Shown here piece by piece: positions 9,596 to 18,950 of a DNA stretch of 64,000 bases. A model generated the notes under the pieces. That model made no database searches. It saw nothing but the letters and a program-made list of their open reading frames with translations, and was not told the DNA's origin. The stretch comes from an uncultured Gemmatimonas sp. (GTDB lineage Bacteria; Gemmatimonadota; Gemmatimonadetes; Gemmatimonadales; Gemmatimonadaceae). Made by a program: the position numbers and the translations under genes. The stretch is from assembly GCA_964557615.1 (NCBI GenBank), contig CAZLAU010000001.1, positions 403 through 64,402 on the forward strand, written 5' to 3'. Every line of letters begins with the position of its first letter. Position 1 is the first letter of the stretch.

Positions 9596-10648
9596 TCACG
9601 ACTCGCCAATGGGCCGGCGGAACACAGCTGACTGCAATACGGGCACCGCGAGCACCCCCAGAACAATCAGCGCGGCAACAACGGACGCGAACTCGGCAGG
9701 AATTCCGGCGTTGCGTTGCATTGCGTCGGCGCCCGAACCCAAGGCGCCAAAGAGCGTTGCCGACGCGATGATTCCGATCGGGTTGAGGTTGCCGAGGAGC
9801 GCAACCGCGATTGCCGTATACCCGTAGCCGGGAGAAAGCCCCTCGAACAGCCGATAGGTCACGCCCGTGACTTCACAGAAGCCCGCAACGCCGGCAATCG
9901 CACCGCTCACGAGAAGCGCCTTCGCTTGGACTCGCTCGACCGGAACGAGCCCGGCGCTCGCCGCCGCGCGCGGACTGAGGCCGGCCAGCCGTAACCGAAA
10001 ACCGGCCGCCGTGCGAGAGAACACCCACCACGCACCGACGGCAACCGCAAGCGAGATCAGAAAGCCCAGATGCAGGCGATGCCCGTCGAACAGCAACGGC
10101 AGCCGGGCCACGTCGCCAATCGTCGGCGACTGTGGGTAGGTGTACGTCGGTTCCTGCAACGGACCACGTACCAGATAGCCAACAAGATTGATTGCGACGA
10201 AGTTCAGCAACAGCGTGCTCACCACCTCGGTCACGCGGAATCGCGCCTTCAGCCACGCTGCGATTCCGGCCCACGCGAGCCCGGCCGCAGCGGCGGCAGC
10301 GAGTTCACTGAGCACGAGGACAGGGCCAGGCGTGCCCGGCGAGGCGTACAGTCCGACCGCCACAGCGGCTGCAGCACCGCTCAGGAACTGTCCCTCGGCA
10401 CCGATATTGAGAACGCCGGCTCGAAATGCAACGGCAACAGCGACTCCAAGGAGGAGCAGCGGCGTGGCCCGCTTGAGCGTGCCGGACAGCACCGCAAAAG
10501 CACTGCCAAAGGCCCCGTCGAACGCCGCACTCGCGGCCTCGGAGACGTCATAGCCCGCGACCGCCACAAAGCCAGCCACGATGGCGAGTGCACCCGCCAC
10601 CACGAGCAGTTGGGCGCCCAGGCGCGTGACGTGCATCGGAGGCATCAC
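9596..10648 (-). CDS. ABC transporter permease (BMP/nucleoside-type importer, first permease)
   Basis: Multi-TM 350-aa ORF. Its GTG start overlaps the ATPase stop (GTGA). Confidence 0.8.
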   Translation of the reverse strand: MMPPMHVTRLGAQLLVVAGALAIVAGFVAVAGYDVSEAASAAFDGAFGSAFAVLSGTLKRATPLLLLGVAVAVAFRAGVLNIGAEGQFLSGAAAAVAVGLYASPGTPGPVLVLSELAAAAAAGLAWAGIAAWLKARFRVTEVVSTLLLNFVAINLVGYLVRGPLQEPTYTYPQSPTIGDVARLPLLFDGHRLHLGFLISLAVAVGAWWVFSRTAAGFRLRLAGLSPRAAASAGLVPVERVQAKALLVSGAIAGVAGFCEVTGVTYRLFEGLSPGYGYTAIAVALLGNLNPIGIIASATLFGALGSGADAMQRNAGIPAEFASVVAALIVLGVLAVPVLQSAVFRRPIGES

Positions 10649-12117
10649 GACGCGCCTACCATGGCGGCGGCGATAGCCTCCGGGACGGGGGCGACTTCAC
10701 GAACACGCCCGCCGTGGCAGACGATGACCCGATCACAGCAATCGACCAGCTGCTCGATGTCGCTCGAATAGATGACGACCGCTGCGCCGCGCGCGCGCGC
10801 CACCCGCAGACGCGATAGCACCGAGGCCGCGGCGCGCACGTCAAGGCCGCGCGTTGGGTTCTCTGCGACGACCGCCGAGGGATTGGAGGCAAGCTCCCTG
10901 GCAATCACGAACCGTTGTTGATTGCCGCCGGACAAATGCGATGCGAGGGTTCCGCTCCCGGCGCCGCGCACGTCGCCGTCGCCAATCAAGGTTGTCGTGC
11001 GCTCGGCAAGCAGCGGCCAGTCCAGCACGCCACGGAGCGTACCGGCGCCGCGCAACGCGAAATTTTCGGTGAGCGACACGTCGGCGATGAGCGCGTCGCC
11101 GAGCCGGTCTTCAGGAACGAAGCCAACATCCGCCGGCACATCCGCCCTGCCCTCGGCTGGCGCGAGTCGTCCGGACAGGACGCGCAGGAGTTCCCGATGA
11201 CCGGACCCGTCCACACCGGCCACCCCGACGATCTCGCCACGATGAACTGCGACGGATGCGCTCGACAGGCGAAGCACACCTGCCTGGTCGAAAACGGTTA
11301 CATCGCGAAGATCGAGAAGCGCCGGGTCGCTCCCGTCTGCCACGAATGGCCGAACGTCGGATGCCTGAGGCGGAGGTGCAGCGCCTGAGCTCGGCTCTCC
11401 GACGATTGCGGAGAGCAGCCCGTGCTCGGTAACGTCGCGTGCCGCCGCCGTGTGTACCGTACGTCCAGCGCGCAGCACGGTGACGGCATCGGCGTGGTCG
11501 AGAGCGTCACGAATGCGGTGGGTGATGACGATGGCCGTTCGGCCCGAGGCGACGAAGGATCGGAGCCACGCGAACAGGTCTCGGGCATCCGCGGGCGACA
11601 GCACGGCCGTCGGTTCATCAAGGATCAACACACCCGGTTCGTGCGCAATGGCCTTGAGGATCTCTGTTCGCTGCTGTGCGGCGACCGACAACTCGCCGGC
11701 GATCGCGTGAGGATCGACGCCCAATCCGACGGACTCGGCGAGTTGCGCGACGGCACGGGCTGTCGCCGTTGGCGAATAGCGCGCCGAGATCTGTCGTTTG
11801 GAAAGCGCAACATTCTCGGCGACGGTCATCGCGGGAACGAGGGAAAAGTGCTGGTGCACCGTGCCGATACCGGCCGACTTCGCCCACGGCCGTGCACGGC
11901 CTCCGTACTCGGTGCCGTGAATGAAGATGGTGCCGGCGTCCGCGCGCTGGAGTCCCGCGGCGATCTGGAGGAGCGTTGTCTTCCCCGCCCCATTCTCGCC
12001 AAGCAGCACGTGCAGCGTCCCTGCCGGAACAAGGAGCGAGGCGTCGAAGAGCGCAACCGTCGTTCCGTACCGTTTCTCGATGGATCGTAGCTCGAGAGCG
12101 GGCGCGCGAGCTGTCAC
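10645..12117 (-). CDS. ABC transporter ATP-binding protein (duplicated ATPase)
   Basis: Walker A GENGAGKTT, signatures LSVAAQQRTEI and LSGGNQQRF, Walker B VLILDEPT. GTG 12117 start overlaps the NIF3 stop (GTGA). The longer ORF to 12267 would overlap NIF3. Confidence 0.9.
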   Translation of the reverse strand: MTARAPALELRSIEKRYGTTVALFDASLLVPAGTLHVLLGENGAGKTTLLQIAAGLQRADAGTIFIHGTEYGGRARPWAKSAGIGTVHQHFSLVPAMTVAENVALSKRQISARYSPTATARAVAQLAESVGLGVDPHAIAGELSVAAQQRTEILKAIAHEPGVLILDEPTAVLSPADARDLFAWLRSFVASGRTAIVITHRIRDALDHADAVTVLRAGRTVHTAAARDVTEHGLLSAIVGEPSSGAAPPPQASDVRPFVADGSDPALLDLRDVTVFDQAGVLRLSSASVAVHRGEIVGVAGVDGSGHRELLRVLSGRLAPAEGRADVPADVGFVPEDRLGDALIADVSLTENFALRGAGTLRGVLDWPLLAERTTTLIGDGDVRGAGSGTLASHLSGGNQQRFVIARELASNPSAVVAENPTRGLDVRAAASVLSRLRVARARGAAVVIYSSDIEQLVDCCDRVIVCHGGRVREVAPVPEAIAAAMVGAS

Positions 12118-12890
12118 AAGCCGGTAGGGGATGCGACAAACTCGTGTGCAATTCCAAATGTGGTCGACAGGTGCTCGCCAAGTGCCCGGACGCCGAACGT
12201 CTCGGTCACGTAATGACCCACGTATATGATCACCAAGCCACGCTCTGGCGCATCGACGGCTGTCCAATGCGGGCCTTCGCCAACTATGAGCGTGTCGACA
12301 CCGAGCGCCGCGGCTTCATCGAGCGTTGCCGTTCCCGCCCCTGCGCCTGAGCAGATTGCCCATTGCCGCGTGCGGTGACCAACCGGGATAGCCGATGCAA
12401 TGGCTCGCCCATCGTGTTGCCTGGCGAGCTCGTCAAGTCGGCCAAGCAGTGACGTGGTGGCAACGTCTGCGGCGCCCCGGACGCCACAGGGAACGCCCTC
12501 GAAATGCGCGAACCCAGCTGTCGGGGACAGCGAGAGATGGCCTGCAAGAAGCCTGGAGTTGCCAAACGTCGCGTCGACATCCAGCGGCAGGTGAGATGAA
12601 TAAAGCGCGATGTCGTGCTCGATGAGCAGCCGAACGCGATCGTACCGGTGGTCGGTGATCGGCTGAAGGCCCGACCAGAAGAGCCCGTGGTGAACAAGCA
12701 GCAGGTTGGCATGCGCCTCGATCGCCGAGTGGATCGCGCGCAGGGACGCGTCGACGGCGCTTGCGACCTTGACGACCGGGCCCCGGTGACTGACCTGAAC
12801 GCCGTTCACGGCGTTCGGATAGTCAGGGATATCGCGCACACGCAACAATGAATCGATGTGTGACGCGATCTCGGGAAGCGAGACCGTCAC
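12114..12890 (-). CDS. NIF3-like dinuclear-metal-centre protein (YbgI / GTP cyclohydrolase 1 type 2 homologue family)
   Basis: LLLVHHGLFW and VGHYVTE motifs typical of NIF3. GTGA overlaps at both ends. Confidence 0.8.
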   Translation of the reverse strand: MTVSLPEIASHIDSLLRVRDIPDYPNAVNGVQVSHRGPVVKVASAVDASLRAIHSAIEAHANLLLVHHGLFWSGLQPITDHRYDRVRLLIEHDIALYSSHLPLDVDATFGNSRLLAGHLSLSPTAGFAHFEGVPCGVRGAADVATTSLLGRLDELARQHDGRAIASAIPVGHRTRQWAICSGAGAGTATLDEAAALGVDTLIVGEGPHWTAVDAPERGLVIIYVGHYVTETFGVRALGEHLSTTFGIAHEFVASPTGL

Positions 12891-13918
12891 GGCCGCACAG
12901 GGTCAGGGACGACGAACGTACCGGAGCGCATGGCAGACCTCACCGAATCCATCCGCGCTCGGTGGCTTGCGCTGATCCGCCCGCCGAGGCGCGGGTTTTC
13001 CTCCCAGCGAACCACGTCGTCGACGGTCGAGAAGCGAATAACACGCGGTGCGAAACCACCGCGTTGCACTTCGCGTGCCACGAGCAGGAACGCGTGCGGC
13101 ACATCTATCACGACGCTTCCAAGGGCGGCATCCGGGGCGAGTGTATTCTGGTTGGCGTTCGATCCGATGATGAGGAATCGTCCTTCCCGCGCCGCCTGAA
13201 ACGCCCCCAACCCGGCCGCGTCGGCATTCTGGAAGATCACATCAGCGCCCTGACGCACGAGTGCAAGGGCCTGCTCCTTGCCCGCGCCGACGTCGTCCCA
13301 GTTCCCGAGATAGGTCGTGATGACGCGAATCGAGGGCCGAACAACGCGCGCGCCGGCAGCGAACGCCTCAAATGACGATTTCACGGGGGGAAGCTCGGTC
13401 CCGCCGATCGATGCAATGGTGCCCGTCGCAGTTGCTGACGCGGCCGCCATTCCCGCGAGAAATGAGGGCTCGTCGAAGGCAAACGAGAGCGCGGCGACGT
13501 TTGGGCGCACCGTTTCGCCGCCAGTGGTGACGAACACAGTCCCCGGATAATCGGGAGCGACGCGCGCGGCAGCGTCCTGGAACTCAAAGCCGTGGCCAAA
13601 GACGAGCGAGAATCCATCGGCGCCATACTGCCGAAAGTTCTCTTCGAAATCCGCGGGTGTTCGCACTTGAATGTGACTCGTTCCTGCTCCAAGACTGTCC
13701 CGGATGCGCGACAACCCCTCGAACGCGCTCCCATTCCATGCCTTGTCTGAGACTGGTCCAGGTGTAAGCAACGCGACGCGAAAGCCGTCACGTGTGGCAG
13801 CACGACCCGAGGAATCGCAGCCGGCGAGCAGGAGAGTCACAGCTATCGCCGCCGCAGCGCGACCGACGAAGTCCCATATACCGTTCGCCGAAAACACGAT
13901 ACGCCGAGTTGTAAACAC
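12887..13918 (-). CDS. BMP-family (PnrA/Med-like) ABC substrate-binding lipoprotein
   Basis: Lipobox LLLAGC. Periplasmic-binding fold pattern typical of basic membrane protein family, read by eye. Confidence 0.8.
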   Translation of the reverse strand: MFTTRRIVFSANGIWDFVGRAAAAIAVTLLLAGCDSSGRAATRDGFRVALLTPGPVSDKAWNGSAFEGLSRIRDSLGAGTSHIQVRTPADFEENFRQYGADGFSLVFGHGFEFQDAAARVAPDYPGTVFVTTGGETVRPNVAALSFAFDEPSFLAGMAAASATATGTIASIGGTELPPVKSSFEAFAAGARVVRPSIRVITTYLGNWDDVGAGKEQALALVRQGADVIFQNADAAGLGAFQAAREGRFLIIGSNANQNTLAPDAALGSVVIDVPHAFLLVAREVQRGGFAPRVIRFSTVDDVVRWEENPRLGGRISASHRARMDSVRSAMRSGTFVVPDPVRP

Positions 13919-13935
13919 TTGTTTGTACTGGAGCT

Positions 13936-14355
13936 TTAGGCCCGTGCGATGCGCAGGGCTTCAGGTCGCGCCGCGGCGGCCGTCATTCGGACTTGTCCGT
14001 TGATCTTGGCGCCTTCCGTTACAACGATCGATTTGGTGTCGATATCTCCGGTCACGGCAGCGGTCGCCTGTAGCTCGAGCCGGTCGCCGGCCGTGACGGA
14101 ACCATCGATCGAGCCGGCAACTACCACTTCGCCGGCCGCCACGTTGCCTCGGACGACGCTGCCTCGCCCCAGCATGACCTGTCGGGCGCCGGTAATCGAC
14201 CCATTGATTTCTCCGTCGATCTTCAGCGCTCCCGAGGTTTCGACATCGCCGGTGATTCGCATACCGGCGGAGATGATCGACAGCGCCGCCTCTACAGGAG
14301 CCGTAGCCGCGCGCTGGTCGGAGCGCGGAGGATTTTCCTTTCCGAACATGGCCAT
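13936..14355 (-). CDS. bactofilin (polymer-forming cytoskeletal protein)
   Basis: Repetitive beta-helix pattern ITGDVETSGALKIDGEINGSITGARQVMLGRGSVVRGNVAAGEVVVAGSIDGSV. SD GGAGAG lies 5 nt before ATG 14355 (the ORF is open to 14385). Confidence 0.8.
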   Translation of the reverse strand: MAMFGKENPPRSDQRAATAPVEAALSIISAGMRITGDVETSGALKIDGEINGSITGARQVMLGRGSVVRGNVAAGEVVVAGSIDGSVTAGDRLELQATAAVTGDIDTKSIVVTEGAKINGQVRMTAAAARPEALRIARA

Positions 14356-14405
14356 TCGTACTCTCCGTGGTTTTCGGGGCTGCACCTTCGTCGCGCCGGA
14401 CGTGC

Positions 14406-14822
14406 CTACGGCGTCTTGCTGCCCGCTCGTGTGCCCGACGCAGCTGATGGTGCCGAGGCAGCGGGTCGGCTCAGCATCACCTGCAACTGATCATACCTGG
14501 CCTGCAGATCCGCCATTGTCTGCTGAAGCGTGTCGAGTCGGACTGCATCCTCCTCCATGCGCACGATCTGGTTTCTCAGTAAAGGCACGCGCGCGGCCTG
14601 GATTGCGAGATACGCCCAACTGAAGAACATGGCCACCAAGACAACCCGTGTCCACGGGTAAGCAAGCAATCGGACCGCCCTCACTTGCCACGGGCGCAGG
14701 ACAAAGGTACGGTGCGCGATGCCGGCCTCTCGCTGCACGTGAACGATCATCGCGCCGAGGTTGTCGGCAAAGACGTCTCCGTGGCCACTGGGCGCGCTGG
14801 AGCGCGACGATGCGCGAGACAT
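14406..14822 (-). CDS. hypothetical single-pass membrane protein with a coiled-coil segment
   Basis: TM VVLVAMFFSWAYLAIQAA followed by heptad-like LRNQIVRMEEDAVRLDTLQQTMADLQARYDQLQVML. Start overlaps the parB stop by 1 nt (TGATG). Confidence 0.55.
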   Translation of the reverse strand: MSRASSRSSAPSGHGDVFADNLGAMIVHVQREAGIAHRTFVLRPWQVRAVRLLAYPWTRVVLVAMFFSWAYLAIQAARVPLLRNQIVRMEEDAVRLDTLQQTMADLQARYDQLQVMLSRPAASAPSAASGTRAGSKTP

Positions 14823-15760
14823 CAGAGTGGATCGCGATGGGATCCGAGGAGCAGGTCGAGCATTCGCTCCAGGTCATCCGGTGAGTAGAACGTGAATCGA
14901 AGCTCCCCGCGGCCATCTGCCGTTGTGGTAACCGAGACGTCTGTCTGGAACTTGCGTCGCAGTTGCTCCTCGATGCCCTTCGCCTCGGCTGGGCGTGCAG
15001 CGGGCTTGGCCGCACCCTTCGGCTTCCGACGCTCATTCCCGGATGCCGAGTGCCGGACCTGTCGTTCTACATCCCGGACCGTCAGCCCGTCGGAAACGAT
15101 GGCCATTGCCATCGTCACCATCTGATTGGCGTCGGCGAGCCCGAGCAGCGCCCTCGCATGGCCGAGCGACACGTCGCCAGAACGTACCATGGAAAGCACG
15201 GCATCGGGCAGCGCAAGCAGCCGAAGCATGTTCGCAACTGTGGACCGCTCACGGCCGACAGCGTCAGCAACCTGCTGCTGCGTGAGCCCAAATCGCGACA
15301 CGAGGGATTGATATCCCTCGGCCTCCTCGATCGGATTCAGATCGCTTCGCTGCAGGTTCTCAATGAGGGCGAGCGTCAAGACGGCTTGATCGTCGAGCTC
15401 ACGTACATGCACCGGGACCTCGCGCCACCCGAGCGACTGAATTGCGCGAAATCGGCGCTCGCCGGCTACGAGTTCAAACGACGTTCCCGCCGGACGAACA
15501 AGGAGAGGCTGAAGAAGGCCGTTTGCGCGAATGCTCGAGCGCAACTCACTGAGCTCCCGTTCGTCAAACGCGCGCCGGGGCTGAAGGGGATTCGGGACCA
15601 CCGACGCGACGGGAACATTCTGAAACCCGGGCGCGGCGTCGCGAGCGTCGGCGCGAACCGGGAACTTCAGATCCTGGCGCGCTGCGCTACCCGATGTAAT
15701 CAGCGCGTCGAGGCCGCGTCCCAGCCGGCGAGGTTTCTCGGTCGACATAATATGTCTCAA
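14822..15760 (-). CDS. parB: chromosome partitioning protein ParB (Spo0J)
   Basis: ParB-box GLLQPLLVRP and HTH LTQQQVADAVGRERSTVANMLRLL. Confidence 0.9.
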   Translation of the reverse strand: MRHIMSTEKPRRLGRGLDALITSGSAARQDLKFPVRADARDAAPGFQNVPVASVVPNPLQPRRAFDERELSELRSSIRANGLLQPLLVRPAGTSFELVAGERRFRAIQSLGWREVPVHVRELDDQAVLTLALIENLQRSDLNPIEEAEGYQSLVSRFGLTQQQVADAVGRERSTVANMLRLLALPDAVLSMVRSGDVSLGHARALLGLADANQMVTMAMAIVSDGLTVRDVERQVRHSASGNERRKPKGAAKPAARPAEAKGIEEQLRRKFQTDVSVTTTADGRGELRFTFYSPDDLERMLDLLLGSHRDPL

Positions 15761-15773
15761 AAAGAGAGTAGTT

Positions 15774-16580
15774 TTATACGCTGCTCAGCGCTGCCTGGGG
15801 CGCCGATCTTGTGCGAGTGAGGATCTCGTTCACCACGGCCAGGTAAGCTTGAGCGCCGACCGAAGCAAGGTCGTACGTGATTATTGGCTTGCCGAAGCTT
15901 GGCGCCTCAGCCAACCTGATGTTCCTTGGAATGATGCTCTGGAAGACCAGCTCGCCGAAATGCGACTTGGCGTCCTCGACGACCTGGCGAGAGAGATTCA
16001 AGCGAGAATCGAACATCGTCAAGACTACCCCATCCAGCACGAGCCGTGGATTCAGCTCACGCTGAACCATCTCGATGGTTCGAAGGAGCTGAGTCAACCC
16101 CTCGAGTGCGTAATACTCGCATTGGAGTGGGATCAGCACGGCATCGGCGGCCACGAGCACGTTCAGGGTGATCAGCCCAAGGGATGGCGGGCAGTCCACG
16201 ACGACGAACTCGTAGTCGTCTCGAATGCGCCCCAGCGCGGATCGCATACGCTCGGCCCGATCCGGCTCCGTCGCCAGTTCAACCTCCACGGCCGCCAGGT
16301 CCGGCGTCGCCGGCAGAACATCAAGACAGTCGAACTGAACGCCCCTTAGAACGACATCGCGTATGCATTCCGGGTCGAGCAAGACGTCGTATGTGCTGCG
16401 GTCGAGCGACGCGTGAGGAATGCCTACGCCACTCGTTGCGTTGGCCTGCGGGTCGCTATCGACCAGCAGAACCCGCCGCTCGGCGGCGGCGAGCCCGGCG
16501 GCAATGTTTACCGCCGTCGTCGTCTTTCCCACGCCGCCCTTTTGATTTGCGACAGCGATAATCCGCGAGCTCATCCTCAT
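15774..16580 (-). CDS. parA: chromosome partitioning ATPase ParA (Soj)
   Basis: Deviant Walker A NQKGGVGKTTT. Located immediately upstream of parB. Confidence 0.92.
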   Translation of the reverse strand: MRMSSRIIAVANQKGGVGKTTTAVNIAAGLAAAERRVLLVDSDPQANATSGVGIPHASLDRSTYDVLLDPECIRDVVLRGVQFDCLDVLPATPDLAAVEVELATEPDRAERMRSALGRIRDDYEFVVVDCPPSLGLITLNVLVAADAVLIPLQCEYYALEGLTQLLRTIEMVQRELNPRLVLDGVVLTMFDSRLNLSRQVVEDAKSHFGELVFQSIIPRNIRLAEAPSFGKPIITYDLASVGAQAYLAVVNEILTRTRSAPQAALSSV

Positions 16581-16596
16581 TGCACCACGTGGAAGG
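16581..16596. promoter_or_regulatory. degenerate parS-like half-conserved site abutting the parA start codon
   Basis: TGCACCACGTGGAAGG matches the perfect site at 16644-16659 in 12 of 16 positions. Confidence 0.3.
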
Positions 16597-16642
16597 TGTC
16601 GGCGGCAACGTACACCAGCCGACGCAGCAGACGCAAGACAAA

Positions 16643-16660
16643 TTGTTCCACGTGGAACAA
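16643..16660. promoter_or_regulatory. parS: parS centromere-like site
   Basis: TTGTTCCACGTGGAACAA is a perfect 18-bp palindrome. Its 16-bp core differs at one position from canonical TGTTNCACGTGAAACA. About 60 bp upstream of parA. Confidence 0.75.
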
Positions 16661-16732
16661 CAATCTGTCAGCCAGCGCGTCTTGCCAACTGAGCAAAAAA
16701 TAGCACGACGCAAGACTGACATATAGACTAGC

Positions 16733-16750
16733 AGTAAACAATAGTTTACT
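16733..16750. promoter_or_regulatory. inverted repeat in the AT-rich island upstream of parA
   Basis: AGTAAAC-AATA-GTTTACT (7-bp arms) inside the AT-rich stretch at about 16690-16790. Confidence 0.3.
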
Positions 16751-16869
16751 TCGTGGTGCTACTGTCTCTGATACATCATCTTATGGCGCCTGTCATACAG
16801 GGAGGCGGACAGGCAAGCCGAATGCTCGAGCATGGGCACCTGACCAAGCGTACTCCACCCTCTGCTCAA

Positions 16870-18888
16870 TTAGCGAATCGACACCCAGATCAGCGGGGCG
16901 CTTCCGTCGACCCCGTCACGTCGTACCAGGTATGCCCGTCGCTCCGGGTAACGGTTCAGCAATTCGCTGTTCCGCGCCCCGAAATCGCGGGCATACACGT
17001 TCCCCGAGGTTCGATCCAGGAGAAATGGCGGGTACAGGGCGTACCCTGCGCGATCCTCCTCGACGCGCGCGCTGCATTCGGCGCCGTACACCGAGCCCGG
17101 GAGCATTCGTTCGGTGGTGTCGGGCGACACGTTGCTTGCGCGCACGAGAAGAGAATCGCGCAACACCGGAAGAAGCTGCGCTTCAGCGGCGGCTCCTCGC
17201 ACACCGCCCGCCTCCAGTTCGCCGATCGCCAGGTGCAAGGCACACGCGTCCGTCTTTGCGTAGAACGCTGCCGCGGCACTTCGCGACACGCCCAGCGCCC
17301 AAAGTCTGGCAACAAGCTGAGCACCCCAGCTCTCGCGCACAAACACAAGCGCGCCTGTAACGCCGCTACCAACGGCCTCGGCGCCATAATCCGTTCGCAT
17401 CGAAGTCAGGCCAGCGCGATACTGCGCGATGCGCGATGGCACGCCGCTGACGGCGGTCAGCACCACCGCAACGACGGTTGCGCCAATCAGGCCGTCTCGA
17501 ACGCGCGCCGGCAGGCGGATGGCAAGAACACTTCGTCCCAGGCGCACGCACGCCATCACGAGTATCGGAATCCACGGCGTCACAAACCGAGGTCCGAGAT
17601 AAAACCCATCGTGCCAATAGGCGAAGTACAGCATGCCGTGCACGCCCGTGGCCACGAGGAGGAGCTTCTCGATCGGGTGAAGGGAGCGAGCAAGGAGAAG
17701 ACCGGCAATCACAGGCACGAGGGACGGGAACGGACTTTCAAGGAAGTAGACGTTGAGTCGCGTGACATACAGCGACACCAACTCAATCCCCCGCTGTGGT
17801 GTGTGTGGGTCGCCCCACGGAGCTGCGTGGAACCCGAGGCCATGCGCAGCACCCCACAGCGCCTCGTAGCCAAAGAGCGTTGGCGAGCCAGTGGTCTGCA
17901 GGTTCACCCACATTACAATCGCCACCGGAATGGCGAGACCGATGGCCGCGCCAACGGCCACGCGAGCCAAAGTCCGATCGCGGTATACGCTCCAGAACAG
18001 CCATACAGACGAAGGCACGGCGTACGCCACCGCATCAAGGGGTCGTATCGCAAAGGCAATCCCTGCCGCCAATCCCGCAGCTACGGCCCACTTCATGCGC
18101 GTGTTCCCGGCAACGCTCGCGCGGTCGAGCGATCGGGTCAGGGCGAGCATGGCCGCGAGAATGAACACGGTTACCGGTCCGTGGCTCATATGCGAAGAGA
18201 ACTGGAACGCGGCGAAGGCGCCCATGCCGAACAGCACCGAGCCAAGGGTCACGGTGAGTGCCGCCTGATCGCCGTGCACGCGGCGCAAGAGTCGCGCAAA
18301 CAGGAACACTCCAACGGCACCGCACGCCGGTCCGACAAGCCACTCGGCGCGAATCAGGGAGCCAACAGCCAGGAGCGCCGGCCAACCAGGAGGGAACTGC
18401 GAATAAAACCGCTCCCCGATGTCCACCATGTGCAGAACGGAAAAGAACTCGGGCGCGCTGTCAGTCGGAATCGACAGTGCGCCCGACGCATACATCCGCG
18501 CCTGAAGCACCTGGACGAGCTCATCAATGAGAAGCGGCCGCGCGTCGAAAACCGTCAGGGCGAGGATGGCGTATGTGATCCCGCAAAGGGCGGCGACGGC
18601 CGCATCGGCGAACAACGGTGAAGCCCGAAGTGCAGCGCCGAGCGTGTTCGCCCCGTGCTGAGCAAGCGCTCGAAGCGCCGGGACGTTCCGCGCTGCCACG
18701 GACGCGACGATACCACCGCCGGCACAAATCACGATGCCGTACGCCCACTCGACCCAGCGCCTCCGATAGGCAGGATCGACCAGCCCTCCGGGGAGCCATT
18801 CGGCGACCGGCAGGAATCCGAGGGCGATCAACAACACGGCGACCCCGCGTGCAAGCCACCGGTCAGCGGAAGCCGAAGCGCCCGGCAT
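16870..18888 (-). CDS. polytopic membrane protein, GT-C (PMT/ArnT-like) glycosyltransferase-like
   Basis: 672 aa with many TM segments. DE motif in the first loop (LLIDELVQ) as in GT39/GT83 enzymes. Soluble C-terminal domain. Confidence 0.55.
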   Translation of the reverse strand: MPGASASADRWLARGVAVLLIALGFLPVAEWLPGGLVDPAYRRRWVEWAYGIVICAGGGIVASVAARNVPALRALAQHGANTLGAALRASPLFADAAVAALCGITYAILALTVFDARPLLIDELVQVLQARMYASGALSIPTDSAPEFFSVLHMVDIGERFYSQFPPGWPALLAVGSLIRAEWLVGPACGAVGVFLFARLLRRVHGDQAALTVTLGSVLFGMGAFAAFQFSSHMSHGPVTVFILAAMLALTRSLDRASVAGNTRMKWAVAAGLAAGIAFAIRPLDAVAYAVPSSVWLFWSVYRDRTLARVAVGAAIGLAIPVAIVMWVNLQTTGSPTLFGYEALWGAAHGLGFHAAPWGDPHTPQRGIELVSLYVTRLNVYFLESPFPSLVPVIAGLLLARSLHPIEKLLLVATGVHGMLYFAYWHDGFYLGPRFVTPWIPILVMACVRLGRSVLAIRLPARVRDGLIGATVVAVVLTAVSGVPSRIAQYRAGLTSMRTDYGAEAVGSGVTGALVFVRESWGAQLVARLWALGVSRSAAAAFYAKTDACALHLAIGELEAGGVRGAAAEAQLLPVLRDSLLVRASNVSPDTTERMLPGSVYGAECSARVEEDRAGYALYPPFLLDRTSGNVYARDFGARNSELLNRYPERRAYLVRRDGVDGSAPLIWVSIR

Positions 18889-18950
18889 CTACATCACCCC
18901 GCGCGGGGTGACCCCGTCGGACGGCCACATGCGCACGCCCACCGCCAAGT

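Noticed and set aside
16721-16764. Shared k-mers between AT-rich islands: ATATAGACT and TGCTACTG at 16721/16757 and 35560/35549, and TATAACAT at 22216 and 26863
   Set aside because: The order and orientation are not collinear between islands. For AT-rich stretches of about 100 bp compared on both strands, roughly one chance 8-9-mer match per island pair is expected. This is not evidence for a common motif without a genome-wide test.
16753-18621. 622-aa plus-strand ORF
   Set aside because: It is antisense to the 672-aa GT-C-like membrane protein. It has an Arg/Gly/His-rich composition and no recognisable motif. This is a typical mirror ORF in high-GC DNA.
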